Source of the DNA: a virus
Lineage: Duplodnaviria; Caudoviricetes
DNA: 24,211 nt
Direction: 5' to 3' (one strand)
Virus record (IMG/VR): IMGVR_UViG_3300020431_000039
Coordinates: 1 to 24,211 of that record
Both the position numbers and the translations under genes were made by a program. This document shows, piece after piece, positions 24,005 through 24,211 of the stretch. The notes below the pieces were generated by a model, which worked only from the letters and a program-made list of their open reading frames with translations, had not been told where the DNA came from and made no database searches. Numbering within the stretch: position 1 is the stretch's first letter; each line of letters starts with the position of its first letter.

Positions 24005-24211
24005 TTAAGTTGTTATGCCTGCTCTTACGAAGGCCATTCCTTCAACTAATCTCGATTTATCTCCAGAACCTGATGTTAAAACGACATCATAATAATATCT
24101 TCCTGAATCTAAACTGGTTGTTTGTGTATCTGTTAAAGAAATAGCAACTTCGCCAGTTGAAGAAGTAATTCCTACAGTGAATGATGTTGAATCAGATGCA
24201 CCATAGTGCTT
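24005..24211 (-). CDS. putative virion structural protein, C-terminal part
   Basis: Manual translation KHYGASDSTSFTVGITSSTGEVAISLTDTQTTSLDSGRYYYDVVLTSGSGDKSRLVEGMAFVRAGITT*. Confidence 0.75.
   Translation of the reverse strand, partial: KHYGASDSTSFTVGITSSTGEVAISLTDTQTTSLDSGRYYYDVVLTSGSGDKSRLVEGMAFVRAGITT

Overview
This window looks like an AT-rich segment of a T4-like marine cyanophage (Kyanoviridae-type myovirus). That call is inferred from petF, T4-type late promoters (TATAAATA/xTAAATA), sigma70-type early promoters and tail-fibre-like genes. Almost all genes lie on the minus strand. Positions 1-11.5 kb form an early-gene cluster of many small hypothetical ORFs. It also carries a KxDG ligase-like protein, an HNH-like protein coupled to an SF2 helicase, a Mom-family DNA acetyltransferase, a ferredoxin, a SET-domain methyltransferase and a basic protein with a T4-like capsid-targeting N-terminus. 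The cluster is punctuated by a recurring palindrome/terminator/promoter element and a second GTTACTCACC motif. Positions 11.5-13.3 kb hold a divergent-promoter region containing a long hairpin, followed by the only plus-strand operon. Positions 13.3-24.2 kb form a late module in which virion/tail-fibre-like genes rich in G-[IV]-x-T motifs run directly into a Cys-rich fibre, a GT9-like glycosyltransferase and a NodU/CmcH carbamoyltransferase. The best candidate for an undescribed system is this module acting as a virion glycosylation/carbamoylation pathway. Two candidate structured non-coding RNAs come next. All family calls rest on motif recognition by eye; no searches were run.
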